The notes under the pieces are model-generated. The model worked only from the letters and a program-made list of their open reading frames with translations. It ran no database searches and was not told the origin of the DNA. 17,702 nucleotides of DNA, from contig JBDRBU010000066.1 of NCBI GenBank assembly GCA_043822305.1, forward strand, positions 1 to 17,702. Direction: 5' to 3'. The DNA is from Candidatus Firestoneibacteriota bacterium. GTDB taxonomy: Bacteria > Oederibacteriota > D2-FULL-39-29 > JBDRBU01. How positions within the stretch are numbered: position 1 is the stretch's first letter; each line of letters begins with the position of its first letter. Shown one piece after another: positions 1-9,202 of this stretch. A program made the position numbers and the translations under genes.

Positions 1-31
1 TAAGTATTCAGTGAAAGCCCTCTAATTTTTA

Positions 32-65
32 ATTCCCCCTTAATAAAGGGGGTTAGGGGGTTGTT
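32..65 (+). repeat. CCCCCTT/AAGGGGG palindromic repeat, copy 1
   Basis: ATTCCCCCTTAATAAAGGGGGTTAGGGGGTTGTT. Related copies lie at 140-175 (inverted) and 10964-11001 (direct). Confidence 0.85.
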
Positions 66-139
66 CTTTTAACGCTTAAATTTCATGAATTCTAATAATC
101 GTTGCCGTTCCATATCGTATTGTCATAGATATTCATAAC

Positions 140-175
140 AACAACCCCCTTGTTCCCCCTTAACAAAGGGGGAAT
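140..175 (-). repeat. CCCCCTT/AAGGGGG palindromic repeat, copy 2 (inverted)
   Basis: Reverse complement reads ATTCCCCCTTTGTTAAGGGGGAACAAGGGGGTTGTT, which matches copy 1. Confidence 0.85.
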
Positions 176-216
176 ATGGAAATATAATCCTCACGGCTTT
201 TACTGACTATTTACGT

Positions 217-247
217 ATTATATAACAAACCAGACATCATATGTCAA
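217..247 (-). promoter_or_regulatory. Putative sigma70 promoter pointing left, out of the window
   Basis: Minus strand has a perfect TTGACA (242-247), then TGnTATATA at 17-nt spacing or TATAAT (217-222) at 19-nt spacing. Confidence 0.55.
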
Positions 248-262
248 CAATTTTTTGGCTGT

Positions 263-1606
263 TTATTTCTTAGTTTTTGATTTTAGTAACTTTTCAATTT
301 CAATGATTTTTTCTATAATATTTTTATTAATAATATAAACTGAATCTAAACTGTCTGTTTTTGCATAATAATCTGTTTTTTCTTTATTGCCTACAAGTAA
401 TTTTACTTTTGAATTCAAAGAAATTATATACTGTGGTTTTTTTAAACCGTATTTTTCTAATCTTTTCCCGGAATCATCTACAAATTTATCCACTCTTAAG
501 GAAGACATTTCAGAAACCAAACTATCAAATTGCACTTCTGCTAATTTTTTAATCGGTTCTTCTATTTTGAATTTACCTAATCTATCTTTTTTAGCAAATA
601 TTTTCTTTTTGTCTTTAAGGATTTCTATTTCCATTATATCGTTTTCCTTAAAAGAAAATAACTTTTTTTCTCTAAGATCATTGTAATTTTTATCAAAATT
701 CGCAGCAAAACTATGCTCTATAGAATAAACGACTGAAACATCTTCTCTTTTCACATAATCTTCTTCCTTGTCTTTTAATTTCTTGCCAATACAAAAAGTC
801 ATTTCTGGTTTATCAGATCCTTCGTTTATTGAAATTGTAACTTTAGGTTTATCCAATCCGTATTTTTTAAAATCAGTTGGCTCGTCTTCAACAAAATCTT
901 TTGCTTTTAGCTCTTTTAGTTTGTTTATTAAATTTTCGACAGAACTTTTATCAGCTGTAAAACTATATGGAACTATAATCCATCTGTCCAAGTCTTTAGA
1001 AAATGTTAATTCTTTTTTCTCAAATTTTATAGTTAGCTTTGTAACTTTTTCTAAAACAATATCCAATATGTTTTTCTTCCTCAAATCTTTCACGTCTTTT
1101 TTAAGTGGCTCAACAATATAAGAAAATGTTGTATAAATATCTTTTTTTGATGCGTCTTTTATATAATAAAAATTCTCTGTAGGTGTCTTTGAACCAATAA
1201 GAAATGCATAATTCTTATTATCTTTAGTCGAAAAATTTATAGTGTAAGCTGGTTTATCAAGTTCAAATGGAGATAAATCAGTAAGATTTTCCAATTTTCT
1301 GTCAGTGGATAATCCAGTGATACTATTAATAACTCCTTCTAACTCGCTTTTTTCAAGTTCGTATTGTTTTGGTTTTACCATCTTCCAATCTTCGGTTGAA
1401 CCGATTTTTTCACATACAAGTGATTCTTTTTTTTCATTATTTACAATTTCAAATTTTTTTAAATCTTCCTTTTTTATGTTAAATACTTTTTTTACTGTAC
1501 TTTCAACTTTTTTATCTTTTTCAAAAAAGTAAACATATACACCTAATAATATTAAAATACCCAGGACTATATATGTTGCTCTAAATGTTTTTTTGGCTGG
1601 ACTCAT
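263..1606 (-). CDS. DUF4340 domain-containing membrane-anchored protein (accessory to the Gld-like ABC system)
   Basis: 447 aa with one N-terminal TM helix and three repeats of a (Y/F)(G/E)L(D/K)KP..(I/V)G..Y unit, the first two followed by DLR. GGAGGTG SD. Last gene of the ABC operon, the usual position for DUF4340. Confidence 0.8.
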   Translation of the reverse strand: MSPAKKTFRATYIVLGILILLGVYVYFFEKDKKVESTVKKVFNIKKEDLKKFEIVNNEKKESLVCEKIGSTEDWKMVKPKQYELEKSELEGVINSITGLSTDRKLENLTDLSPFELDKPAYTINFSTKDNKNYAFLIGSKTPTENFYYIKDASKKDIYTTFSYIVEPLKKDVKDLRKKNILDIVLEKVTKLTIKFEKKELTFSKDLDRWIIVPYSFTADKSSVENLINKLKELKAKDFVEDEPTDFKKYGLDKPKVTISINEGSDKPEMTFCIGKKLKDKEEDYVKREDVSVVYSIEHSFAANFDKNYNDLREKKLFSFKENDIMEIEILKDKKKIFAKKDRLGKFKIEEPIKKLAEVQFDSLVSEMSSLRVDKFVDDSGKRLEKYGLKKPQYIISLNSKVKLLVGNKEKTDYYAKTDSLDSVYIINKNIIEKIIEIEKLLKSKTKK

Positions 1607-1628
1607 TTAACAATCACCTCCATGCGTT

Positions 1629-3155
1629 TTACTTTGCTCTTCTTCTTAACCAGACAACTACACCTGCTCCAATTACAAGTAAAGGAGTTATTATAAAACT
1701 TATATAAAACATGATTTTTGCTTTCGTTGGTGTTAAGTTTAATTTTCTTATATCAGTTCTTTTTGCCCGAAGTGATATTTTCTCGCCTTCTTTTACCATC
1801 CAGTTGATTGAATTTATAAATAAATCAATATTCCCTTTTACTCCCATAAGTCCTGCTGGAGCATTCGTAATAAAATCAGAATCACCTATCACGACAAACT
1901 TAGTTTCCTTTGATATTTTTGTTTTCTCTTTTTCTTCTTTTTTTACTTTATTTACTTCTTTCACTTTCTCCACTTCTTTCACAAACTCAGAAACCACTAC
2001 TCCAAAAGTTAACGGACCTTTTAAATCCTTTCCTTCATCAAATTTCGCCTTCTGGTCTTTTAAATTAGTTTCACCCCAGGCTTTATCAGAAGTAACCAAT
2101 AAATCTTCTTTTGTTACTGTTCTTCTTTCTAATTTTTTCTTTGCATCCGAGATACTCCTTGTTACAGGAAAAAAAGTTGGTATATTTGCTTTTAAAAGTG
2201 GTTCAAGTATCAAATGTGACTTATATGTAGGAATAAGTGTTACCGGATCACTCCCAACAAGTGGCATAGAAAAACATTGAGCCGTGTCTATGATAACATC
2301 GTTATCTAATTTTATATTCCAATCTTCAAGTACTGGCTCTAAATTAGTTAAAACCAATGGGTCAAGTAGAAATATCGCTTTTCCACCATTTTTTAAGTAT
2401 CCTTTAATTAACTCTGCCTCTTTATTGATAAGTGGAATCTTTGGACCACTCACAACAAGAACATCACAATCATCAGCAATTTTCCCTTCTTTGATTATAT
2501 TAATTTTTCGGACACTATAATTTTCTCCTATTAAATACTTATTTAACTCACTTAATCCTCCTCTTTCAGAATCGACCAAATCTAACTCTTTATGACCTTC
2601 AGTAAAACAAATTACTTTTTGTTTTTCTTCGGTTACCGACAAAATTGCATTTATAAAAGACTGTTCACCAATATATTCTATTTCTCCTTGACCATATGGG
2701 GAAGACTCTCTAAAAAATATCTGGTTTTCCATTACATCTTTTCTTTTGGTTCCGCATTCAAAAACCACTGTATCATTTTGGCTTATATTTTTAATCTTAC
2801 ATTTTGATATATCCCGATCAACATCATTTACCTCAGAGACCAGATTAGAAGTTCTTTTTGAAAACTCATTTACTAAATCACTTATATATCTTCCATCTAA
2901 ACTACCCTTTCGAACAAAAACAGAAACATTAACTTTTACCTTCAAACTCTTTAAAATTTTTATTGTTTGAGGAGCTAAACTGAATTGTTTACTGGCGGTT
3001 GTATCAATTTTCAGAGGATGACTGTCAAGAATTACTCCCACAAACCAAATAACACCAAGAATCAGGATTGTTAAAACAACAGCATTTGTTCCATACTTAA
3101 ATGTTCTATCTTTAAAAAATTTTTTAATTTTTTCAAATATATTTTTAAAATCCAC
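1629..3155 (-). CDS. GldG-family ABC transporter auxiliary component
   Basis: 508 aa with N- and C-terminal TM helices. Motifs IDTTASKQFSLAPQT, FTEGHKE, VLVVSGP, YLKNGGK, VVIGDSDF, LFINSINW. GTG start with AGGAGGG SD. Confidence 0.85.
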   Translation of the reverse strand: MDFKNIFEKIKKFFKDRTFKYGTNAVVLTILILGVIWFVGVILDSHPLKIDTTASKQFSLAPQTIKILKSLKVKVNVSVFVRKGSLDGRYISDLVNEFSKRTSNLVSEVNDVDRDISKCKIKNISQNDTVVFECGTKRKDVMENQIFFRESSPYGQGEIEYIGEQSFINAILSVTEEKQKVICFTEGHKELDLVDSERGGLSELNKYLIGENYSVRKINIIKEGKIADDCDVLVVSGPKIPLINKEAELIKGYLKNGGKAIFLLDPLVLTNLEPVLEDWNIKLDNDVIIDTAQCFSMPLVGSDPVTLIPTYKSHLILEPLLKANIPTFFPVTRSISDAKKKLERRTVTKEDLLVTSDKAWGETNLKDQKAKFDEGKDLKGPLTFGVVVSEFVKEVEKVKEVNKVKKEEKEKTKISKETKFVVIGDSDFITNAPAGLMGVKGNIDLFINSINWMVKEGEKISLRAKRTDIRKLNLTPTKAKIMFYISFIITPLLVIGAGVVVWLRRRAK

Positions 3156-3179
3156 TTTTTATCCCTCCTTTTACCCCAT

Positions 3180-3887
3180 TTACCATCTTTTCCATTCAAG
3201 TCTTCTGACAGTGATAAATAAAAAGAAAAATATCATGGCCAGATAATAAAAAATATTTCCTAAATCAATAACACCTTTTACAAAATCATCAAAATGTTTT
3301 ATTATAGAAAGTGAAGAAACAAAGTTGCCAACAGAACCTCCGATACTGTCACCGGCCATTCCAATTAACCAGAAAAGTAATATCAGACCAAGTCCTATTA
3401 CGGCTGAAACAAGCTGATTTTCTGTCAAAGATGAGGCGAAGGTCCCTACGGCCAAACAAGTTGCTGAAATAAGAACAAATCCAAGTAAGGCAGATAACAT
3501 CGGGCCTATATCTGGACTACCACCAATTAATACAAAAATAGGGTATTCTAATATTAGCAAAAACATAACCAAAAACAATAAAACTGATGAGAGATATTTT
3601 CCGACAACTATACTTGTTAAAGTTATTGGCGAAGTATAAAGTAGTTCTATAGTGCCTAATTTTCTCTCCTCTGATAAAAGTCTCATGGTAATCATCGGAC
3701 TAATAAAAAGAAATATAAAAGCCATATTGTACACAATACCTCTAATCTCTGCAATCTGATACCTCATGATAATAACATTAAATATAAACGCTGAAAAAAG
3801 CAGAAAGACGACAATGACTATATATGCAATTGGAGAGACAAAATAAGACTTCAATTCTCTTTTAGTAATTGCCCAGATTTTATTCAT
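3180..3887 (-). CDS. ABC-2 type transporter permease (GldF-like)
   Basis: 235 aa with about 6 TM helices. Motifs KRELKSYFVSPIAY, PMITMRLLSEERKLGTIELL, GKYL, SSLTENQ. Confidence 0.9.
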   Translation of the reverse strand: MNKIWAITKRELKSYFVSPIAYIVIVVFLLFSAFIFNVIIMRYQIAEIRGIVYNMAFIFLFISPMITMRLLSEERKLGTIELLYTSPITLTSIVVGKYLSSVLLFLVMFLLILEYPIFVLIGGSPDIGPMLSALLGFVLISATCLAVGTFASSLTENQLVSAVIGLGLILLFWLIGMAGDSIGGSVGNFVSSLSIIKHFDDFVKGVIDLGNIFYYLAMIFFFLFITVRRLEWKRW

Positions 3888-3889
3888 AT

Positions 3890-4834
3890 CTACACCTCCT
3901 GCTCTTTTGTGGTAAGTTTCAAGAAAACATCTTCCAAACTCATATGTTCTGCTTTCATTTCGTACAATATCCAGTTATTTGAAACTACAGTCTTAAATAT
4001 TTCTTCTCTAATATCTTTATCTCCTTCACTTTCTAAAGATAAAGCAACTATTCCACCTTCTTCCAATTCTTTCTGCAAATCTTTAATTCCTTTTATTTGG
4101 CTGATTTGCTTTATGACATCGTTTTCCTGCCCTTTTATCTTTACAAAAATCTTCTCTCCTCCTTCTTTTAACCTTTTACTTAATTGTTCCTGAGTATCGA
4201 CGGCTACAACATTTCCTTTATCAATAATTACTATTTTCTCGCAAGTCATACTAACTTCAGGGAGAATGTGACTGCTTAAAATAACAGTTTTTTCACCACT
4301 AAAACTTTTTATCAACTCTCTTATCTCAATGATTTGCTTTGGGTCCAATCCTATAGTTGGCTCATCAAGTATTAATACCTCAGGGTCGGTTAGTAATGCT
4401 TGGGCCAATCCAACTCTCTGCCTGTAACCTCTTGATAATCTGCCAATTATTCTGCTTTCAACTTCTGAAATTTTAGCCATTCCAATGGATTTTGCAACTT
4501 TTTTCTTTATTTCCTTGGATTCTATCCCTTTCAATTTTGCCACATACTCCAAATATAAAGATACAGTCATTTCATTATATAAAGGCAGTGTCTCCGGAAG
4601 ATAACCTATTCTCTTTTTCACCTCTAACGGTTCTTCTACAGTATCAAAACCAGCTACTTTTGCCTTACCAGATGTTGGCTGAAAAAATCCCGTAAGCATC
4701 CTCATTATTGTCGTTTTCCCTGCACCATTCGGTCCAAGTAAACCTAAAATCTCACCTTTTTCTACTTTAAAAGATACATTTTCAACAGCTCTTCTTGGTC
4801 CATAATACTTTGTTAAATTTTCTACTTCTATCAA
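3890..4834 (-). CDS. ABC transporter ATP-binding protein (GldA-like)
   Basis: Walker A GPNGAGKTT, signature LSRGYRQR, Walker B ILDEP, H-loop SSH. TTG start with a G-rich SD. Confidence 0.95.
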   Translation of the reverse strand: MIEVENLTKYYGPRRAVENVSFKVEKGEILGLLGPNGAGKTTIMRMLTGFFQPTSGKAKVAGFDTVEEPLEVKKRIGYLPETLPLYNEMTVSLYLEYVAKLKGIESKEIKKKVAKSIGMAKISEVESRIIGRLSRGYRQRVGLAQALLTDPEVLILDEPTIGLDPKQIIEIRELIKSFSGEKTVILSSHILPEVSMTCEKIVIIDKGNVVAVDTQEQLSKRLKEGGEKIFVKIKGQENDVIKQISQIKGIKDLQKELEEGGIVALSLESEGDKDIREEIFKTVVSNNWILYEMKAEHMSLEDVFLKLTTKEQEV

Positions 4835-4868
4835 GGATTACCACCCCCCTTTTAATGAATTCGAACAT

Positions 4869-4897
4869 ACTATAACATATATCCTATTTAAAGTAAA
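4869..4897 (-). promoter_or_regulatory. Putative sigma70 promoter for the ABC operon
   Basis: Minus strand TTTACT (4892-4897), 17 nt, TATAGT (4869-4874) with an extended -10 TG. About 35 nt upstream of the ATPase start. Confidence 0.55.
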
Positions 4898-4912
4898 GAC
4901 AAAAACTCATTC

Positions 4913-4930
4913 AAAATGTTCCCTGTCCCT
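4913..4930 (-). repeat. Possible solitary arm of the GGGACAG repeat family
   Basis: Minus strand AGGGACAGGGAACATTTT overlaps the GH57 TAG stop. It shares the GGGACAG core with the arms at 14005-14021 and 14075-14091. The match is short. Confidence 0.35.
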
Positions 4931-6506
4931 ATTTATACATTTTGTAATCAATATCAGGGAAGATATTATCTTTATATTCTATATCAGAAAGCCATTTTTC
5001 ATATATAGAATTACTATTTATCATATCATAAATTCTTGTAAATTTAGCGATATGTTCTTTTGTCCTTTTAACGGCATAATTTACATTTGTTTTTGTCTTC
5101 ATCATAAATGCCCAGTCAGAACTTTGAGCAAGTAATAATTCACGACTAGCCTGATTTAAAGCTCTTTTAAAAAGCCCTTCTGCATTTGGAAACCTTTCGG
5201 CTAATTCGCACATCCGGTCCGCTGCTTTATGCAAATGTCTATAAATCCAGTCATTACTTCCTTCTAGCCATACCTCATGATAACCTTTATACCCCCAGCT
5301 TGATTCACATGGCGTACAAACCTGATTTTTTGGGTATTCCTGTAAATATTCAGAAGGAGTTATACATTTTATAGTTTTTTGGTCATAATAAATTTTTCTG
5401 AATAAAAAGTTTAAAAAATTAGGACCTTCATACCACCAGTGACCAAAAAGTTCTGCATCATATGGAGAAATAATTATTGGCTTTCTATCCATTCCTTCGG
5501 AAAGCCATTCTATTTGCTTTTCTCTATTAAACATAAAATTACCAGATTGATCTGCTGCTTTTTCTAATGCTTTTTCTGGAACATAAACTTCTTTACATTC
5601 TAAAGAAGGACCTGTAATTCTATAATACTTTATTCCTGTAAATATTCTAGTACCATCAGAATTGATATATGGTTTTATATAATCATATTCTAAATCAAAA
5701 CCAACATCTCGGTAAAAATCCCTGCACCAGAAATCCCCCGGATAACCTTCTTTTGCACTCCAGACTTGTTTTGAAGATTCTAAATCTCTTCCAAATGCAG
5801 CTACACCTGATTTACAAAATACCGGAGCATAGACACCATACTTTGGACGAGGAGTTGAAAAATAAATACCATGGGCATCTAAAAAGAAAAATTTAATTCC
5901 ATTTTCTTTTAATATGTAATCAAGTCCGGGATAATATCCACATTCTGATAACCAGATACCATTTGGTCCCCGGCCAAAATGTTTTTTATAAATATCAACA
6001 CCTACTTTTATCTGTGCTTTAACCGCCTTTTGATTTAACATTAAAGGTAAATATCCATGTGTGGCTGCACAGGTAATGATTTCTAACTTTCCAGTATCCT
6101 GAATTTTTTTAAAAGCATGAACAAGATTCTTATCGCACTTTAAAAAATAATCTCTGGCTAATTTAAATTTATAATTATACATTCTTGCAACTTTGTTAAA
6201 ATCTGGTTGAAATTCTGTTCTCCTAATTTCTTTTTCAGTTAGTTCCATGAGTCGTTCAATATGTTTTAATGTTCTATCACAAAGTAATGGATCGACTAAC
6301 ATTGATATTAACGACGGGGTTAAGGACATGGTAATTCTAAAATCCACTTTATCTTCTAACAGTTTCTCCATCATTAAAAGCAAAGGAATATAGGTCTCGG
6401 TTATTCCCTCATAAAACCAGTCTTCTTCCAAAAAATCCTCATACTCAGGATGCCTGACATATGGTAAATGTGCATGTAAAACCAAACAAATATACCCTTT
6501 TTCCAT
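4929..6506 (-). CDS. 1,4-alpha-glucan branching enzyme, GH57 family (DUF1957-containing)
   Basis: Motifs LVLHAHLPYV, ETYIPLL, ATHGYLP, GIWLSECGY (nucleophile Glu), PYDAELFGHWWYEG (acid/base Asp), RELLLAQSSDWAF. Start moved to ATG 6506 (MEKGY, 525 aa) with AGAGAGGG SD, because the ORF-track extension runs through a repeat. Confidence 0.93.
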   Translation of the reverse strand: MEKGYICLVLHAHLPYVRHPEYEDFLEEDWFYEGITETYIPLLLMMEKLLEDKVDFRITMSLTPSLISMLVDPLLCDRTLKHIERLMELTEKEIRRTEFQPDFNKVARMYNYKFKLARDYFLKCDKNLVHAFKKIQDTGKLEIITCAATHGYLPLMLNQKAVKAQIKVGVDIYKKHFGRGPNGIWLSECGYYPGLDYILKENGIKFFFLDAHGIYFSTPRPKYGVYAPVFCKSGVAAFGRDLESSKQVWSAKEGYPGDFWCRDFYRDVGFDLEYDYIKPYINSDGTRIFTGIKYYRITGPSLECKEVYVPEKALEKAADQSGNFMFNREKQIEWLSEGMDRKPIIISPYDAELFGHWWYEGPNFLNFLFRKIYYDQKTIKCITPSEYLQEYPKNQVCTPCESSWGYKGYHEVWLEGSNDWIYRHLHKAADRMCELAERFPNAEGLFKRALNQASRELLLAQSSDWAFMMKTKTNVNYAVKRTKEHIAKFTRIYDMINSNSIYEKWLSDIEYKDNIFPDIDYKMYK

Positions 6507-6534
6507 GATAATAACCCTCTCTTTAATCTGTTTT

Positions 6535-6595
6535 GTAGCCGCAGGCTCTTTAGTCCTGTATCCGAGCATAACGAGTGGTACAGGGTTAACCTGCG
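6535..6595 (+). repeat. GTAG-tagged REP-like palindrome with a nested inner hairpin
   Basis: GTAG foot (6535-6538), outer stem CGCAGG (6540-6545)/CCTGCG (6590-6595), inner stem CCTGTA(T)CC (6555-6563)/GGTACAGG (6577-6584). Confidence 0.7.
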
Positions 6596-6599
6596 TATT

Positions 6600-7604
6600 C
6601 TATACAATATTTTGTTCTACAGTTATTCTTGCGGATTTTTTATGCTTGCCATCTTTTGACCTTGCTTCAATATTTATAATATGCTTGCCATCTGTTAAAG
6701 CAAATCTTAAACTAAAAGTACCGTCTTTTACTAATTTTACTGGAGTCTTATTTATTAAAACAACAGAATCTGGTTCTGTAGCACCATAAATAATTAACTC
6801 CGTACCAACCGTAAGCCAAAAAACTGACGGTAGCTTAAATTCCTTAAATCCGCTGCTAAGGCTACTTACCATCCCGGAAGAAATTTCCTCTCTTAACCTT
6901 CTTGAAATAATCTTTGATATAAACTCGGAACCAACTCCTCCCTTTAATTCACCTCTTAAGTATCTGCGATATAACTCTTCTTCGGATACCATCCATTCTT
7001 CATCATATACATTTGAAACTTTATCTGATGGGGTAGTGATAACATTTGACCTGGCATAAACAAAAAACTTACCAGATGGTGTCAGGATTCCAAGTTCAAC
7101 ACACCAACTTCTTTCTGGTTCTCCTACATTTATATACCAGTTATTAGCCAATCCACTAAGCACTAGATCAAAAGATTTATGAGCATTTTTCCCATTAAAC
7201 TTAATATTTGTGACATCATAGACTCTTAAAATAGATTTTGAATTATTAAAGTCCGAACCTGTCTTTTTCCTCATCAACTCTATATCAGAAGACGCAACAT
7301 CCCAATAGGCATAAATCCAGTATGGGTCCCTGGACATAATAACTATTTTAGTTTCATTATATCTCTCAGGTATTTCTTCTTTTTCCACTTCAATTATTTT
7401 TTTTTCTTTATTTACTCCGTCCCAAATGAATTGGGATGCTACTTTTTCTTTCTTTACTCCTGCTTTTTCTACTTCTTTTACCAACACACCAGAGGGTGTG
7501 GGGTTTACTTTTCCCACTTTTTTTGCTTTTTTAATCCTTGGAGTATTAACAAAGCCTTTTCTTCCCAGATTCTCTTTATTTCTAAAAGATTCTTTTTTTT
7601 TCAT
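6600..7604 (-). CDS. DUF4912 domain-containing protein
   Basis: Motifs PERYNET..SRDPYWIYAYWD, LRVYDVT, NNWYI, ARSN.ITTP, and a C-terminal ELIIYGATEPD..DGTF domain. Basic low-complexity N-terminus. ATG 7604 follows a GAGGTG SD. Adjacent to GH57. Confidence 0.85.
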   Translation of the reverse strand: MKKKESFRNKENLGRKGFVNTPRIKKAKKVGKVNPTPSGVLVKEVEKAGVKKEKVASQFIWDGVNKEKKIIEVEKEEIPERYNETKIVIMSRDPYWIYAYWDVASSDIELMRKKTGSDFNNSKSILRVYDVTNIKFNGKNAHKSFDLVLSGLANNWYINVGEPERSWCVELGILTPSGKFFVYARSNVITTPSDKVSNVYDEEWMVSEEELYRRYLRGELKGGVGSEFISKIISRRLREEISSGMVSSLSSGFKEFKLPSVFWLTVGTELIIYGATEPDSVVLINKTPVKLVKDGTFSLRFALTDGKHIINIEARSKDGKHKKSARITVEQNIV

Positions 7605-7619
7605 ATTTATCACCTCTTT

Positions 7620-8828
7620 TCAAAATTTATTTATCACTATTCCCGTAGGTACTTTAGGATAAAAGTATGTTGTTTTAGGTGGCATTCTTTCTAACCTAAA
7701 CGCAATATCCCTTACATCCTTTGCCGTTATGCCTGGCAATAAAAAACCAATATTAAAATCGCCTGAATTAACTTTCTTTATCACTTCTTTTTCATCAACC
7801 GTGTAAAAAATTTCTTTTGATTTTGGAAGAGTTTTCAATATTATATAATGCAATACTGCCGTTGGTAGTTTCCTCCACTTTAACGAATTTTTCGTTTTTA
7901 TTTTTTTTAATGAGATTTCATTTTTTAAACTTAATCTATAATACCTTTTATTTACATACATTACAATATTTTTATGGACATCTTTTGATTTAATTTCCTT
8001 AATATAAAAATCTTTAGATAATTTCTTTTTTATCTCATCAAAACCAACCCTGTGAACAAATTTAACCACCCTGTGAGTCGGCAATATCTTAAGTCCCTTA
8101 TCCTTAATGCTTACAAGAGAAAACATTATATAATTCCAGACTTCTTGAACATTTTTACAAACTTTCCCCATCTTTTTCTTAAAGGCCAGTGCAACCTCAT
8201 ATCTATGATGTCCATCTGCAATAAAAATTCTTTTGTTGGCCATGATATTAATAATATTTTTTATGGTTTCTACATTCTCTACCTTCCAAACTTTATTTAC
8301 CACCCTGCCTAATTTATCTTCTATATTAAATTTTAAAAATGGTTTTCTTTTCAAAGTATTATTAAAATCCAACCCTCCATCGTATAAGCCAAATATTGGA
8401 CTTAAATTCGCTTTACATTCTTTTAAAAGTTTTAACCTGTCCTTTTTATGTGTTGAAAAAGTATTCTCATGAGGTAAAATTTTCTTTTTCTTAAAATCTT
8501 CTAACTTTACAAGACAAATTAAACCAATTCTACTGTTATTCTTACCATCCATAATAAATTTTTGTTCATGAAGATAGAAACCTGGATAACCATCCTGAAT
8601 AAAAATTTTCTTTTTAATCCACTCGTCTAAAGTTCTCTTTGCTTTTTTATACTTATTCTCATTATTGTCTTTACGGAGAATAATCCTTACGATATTATAA
8701 GGAGAAAGATTATAATATTTACTTTGCATCGAAGGTGTTATGACATCATATGGAAGAGAAACCACTTTACGCAAATCTAACTTGTTTTCGTTAAACCTGT
8801 AGCCCTTAAAAGGAATTATTTTTACCAT
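7620..8828 (-). CDS. DUF1015 family protein
   Basis: 402 aa. Motifs PFKGYR, PYDVI, ILPHENT, NLSPIF, FIADGHHRY, ILPTHR, MPPKTTYFYPK. Confidence 0.9.
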   Translation of the reverse strand: MVKIIPFKGYRFNENKLDLRKVVSLPYDVITPSMQSKYYNLSPYNIVRIILRKDNNENKYKKAKRTLDEWIKKKIFIQDGYPGFYLHEQKFIMDGKNNSRIGLICLVKLEDFKKKKILPHENTFSTHKKDRLKLLKECKANLSPIFGLYDGGLDFNNTLKRKPFLKFNIEDKLGRVVNKVWKVENVETIKNIINIMANKRIFIADGHHRYEVALAFKKKMGKVCKNVQEVWNYIMFSLVSIKDKGLKILPTHRVVKFVHRVGFDEIKKKLSKDFYIKEIKSKDVHKNIVMYVNKRYYRLSLKNEISLKKIKTKNSLKWRKLPTAVLHYIILKTLPKSKEIFYTVDEKEVIKKVNSGDFNIGFLLPGITAKDVRDIAFRLERMPPKTTYFYPKVPTGIVINKF

Positions 8829-8830
8829 AA

Positions 8831-9151
8831 TTAAGATATTAAAGAGTTAACTTTTTCTTTAATGATTTCCTTGGATTGAACTCCAACTAATTGTCCCATA
8901 ATTTCACCGTCTTTAAAAATTATAAGTGTAGGAATACTTCTAATCCCGAGTCTTGAACTAACTGCTGGATTTTCGTCAACATTTATCTTTCCAACTTTAA
9001 TTTTTCCAGAATATTCTTTACTCAACTCCTCAATAATTGGTGCAATCATCTTGCAAGGACCACACCACTCTGCCCAGAAATCAATCAAGACTGGTTGTTT
9101 AGACTTTATAACTTCGTCCTCAAAGTTTTCATCTGTAAGTGGAATGGACAT
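8831..9151 (-). CDS. trxA: Thioredoxin
   Basis: 106 aa with active site [10 protein letters not shown], cis-Pro motif SIPT, and GGAGG SD. Confidence 0.97.
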   Translation of the reverse strand: MSIPLTDENFEDEVIKSKQPVLIDFWAEWCGPCKMIAPIIEELSKEYSGKIKVGKINVDENPAVSSRLGIRSIPTLIIFKDGEIMGQLVGVQSKEIIKEKVNSLIS

Positions 9152-9162
9152 AGAACCTCCAT

Positions 9163-9196
9163 AATGGAGTCGTGGTCGTCCCTGACCCCGACATAC
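9163..9196 (+). repeat. REP-like hairpin repeat (GTCGGGGTC family), copy 1
   Basis: AATGGAGTCGTGGTCGTCCCTGACCCCGACATAC. 9-bp stem with one mismatch (T9173) and a 6-nt loop. Confidence 0.9.
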
Positions 9197-9202
9197 CTTT
9201 TA

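Larger units (their letters stand above)
1..215. mobile_element. MITE-like composite palindromic element (left end probably clipped by the window edge)
   Basis: Imperfect terminal inverted repeats: TAAGTATTCAGTGAAAGCC (1-19) versus GGCTTTTACTGACTATTTA (195-213), 16/19 matches. They enclose an inverted pair of CCCCCTT-N4-AAGGGGG palindromes. No ORF. Confidence 0.65.

Noticed and set aside
6507..6569. N-terminal extension MLGYRTKEP... of GH57
   Set aside because: It lies inside the nested repeat. Family similarity begins at MEKGY, which has an SD.
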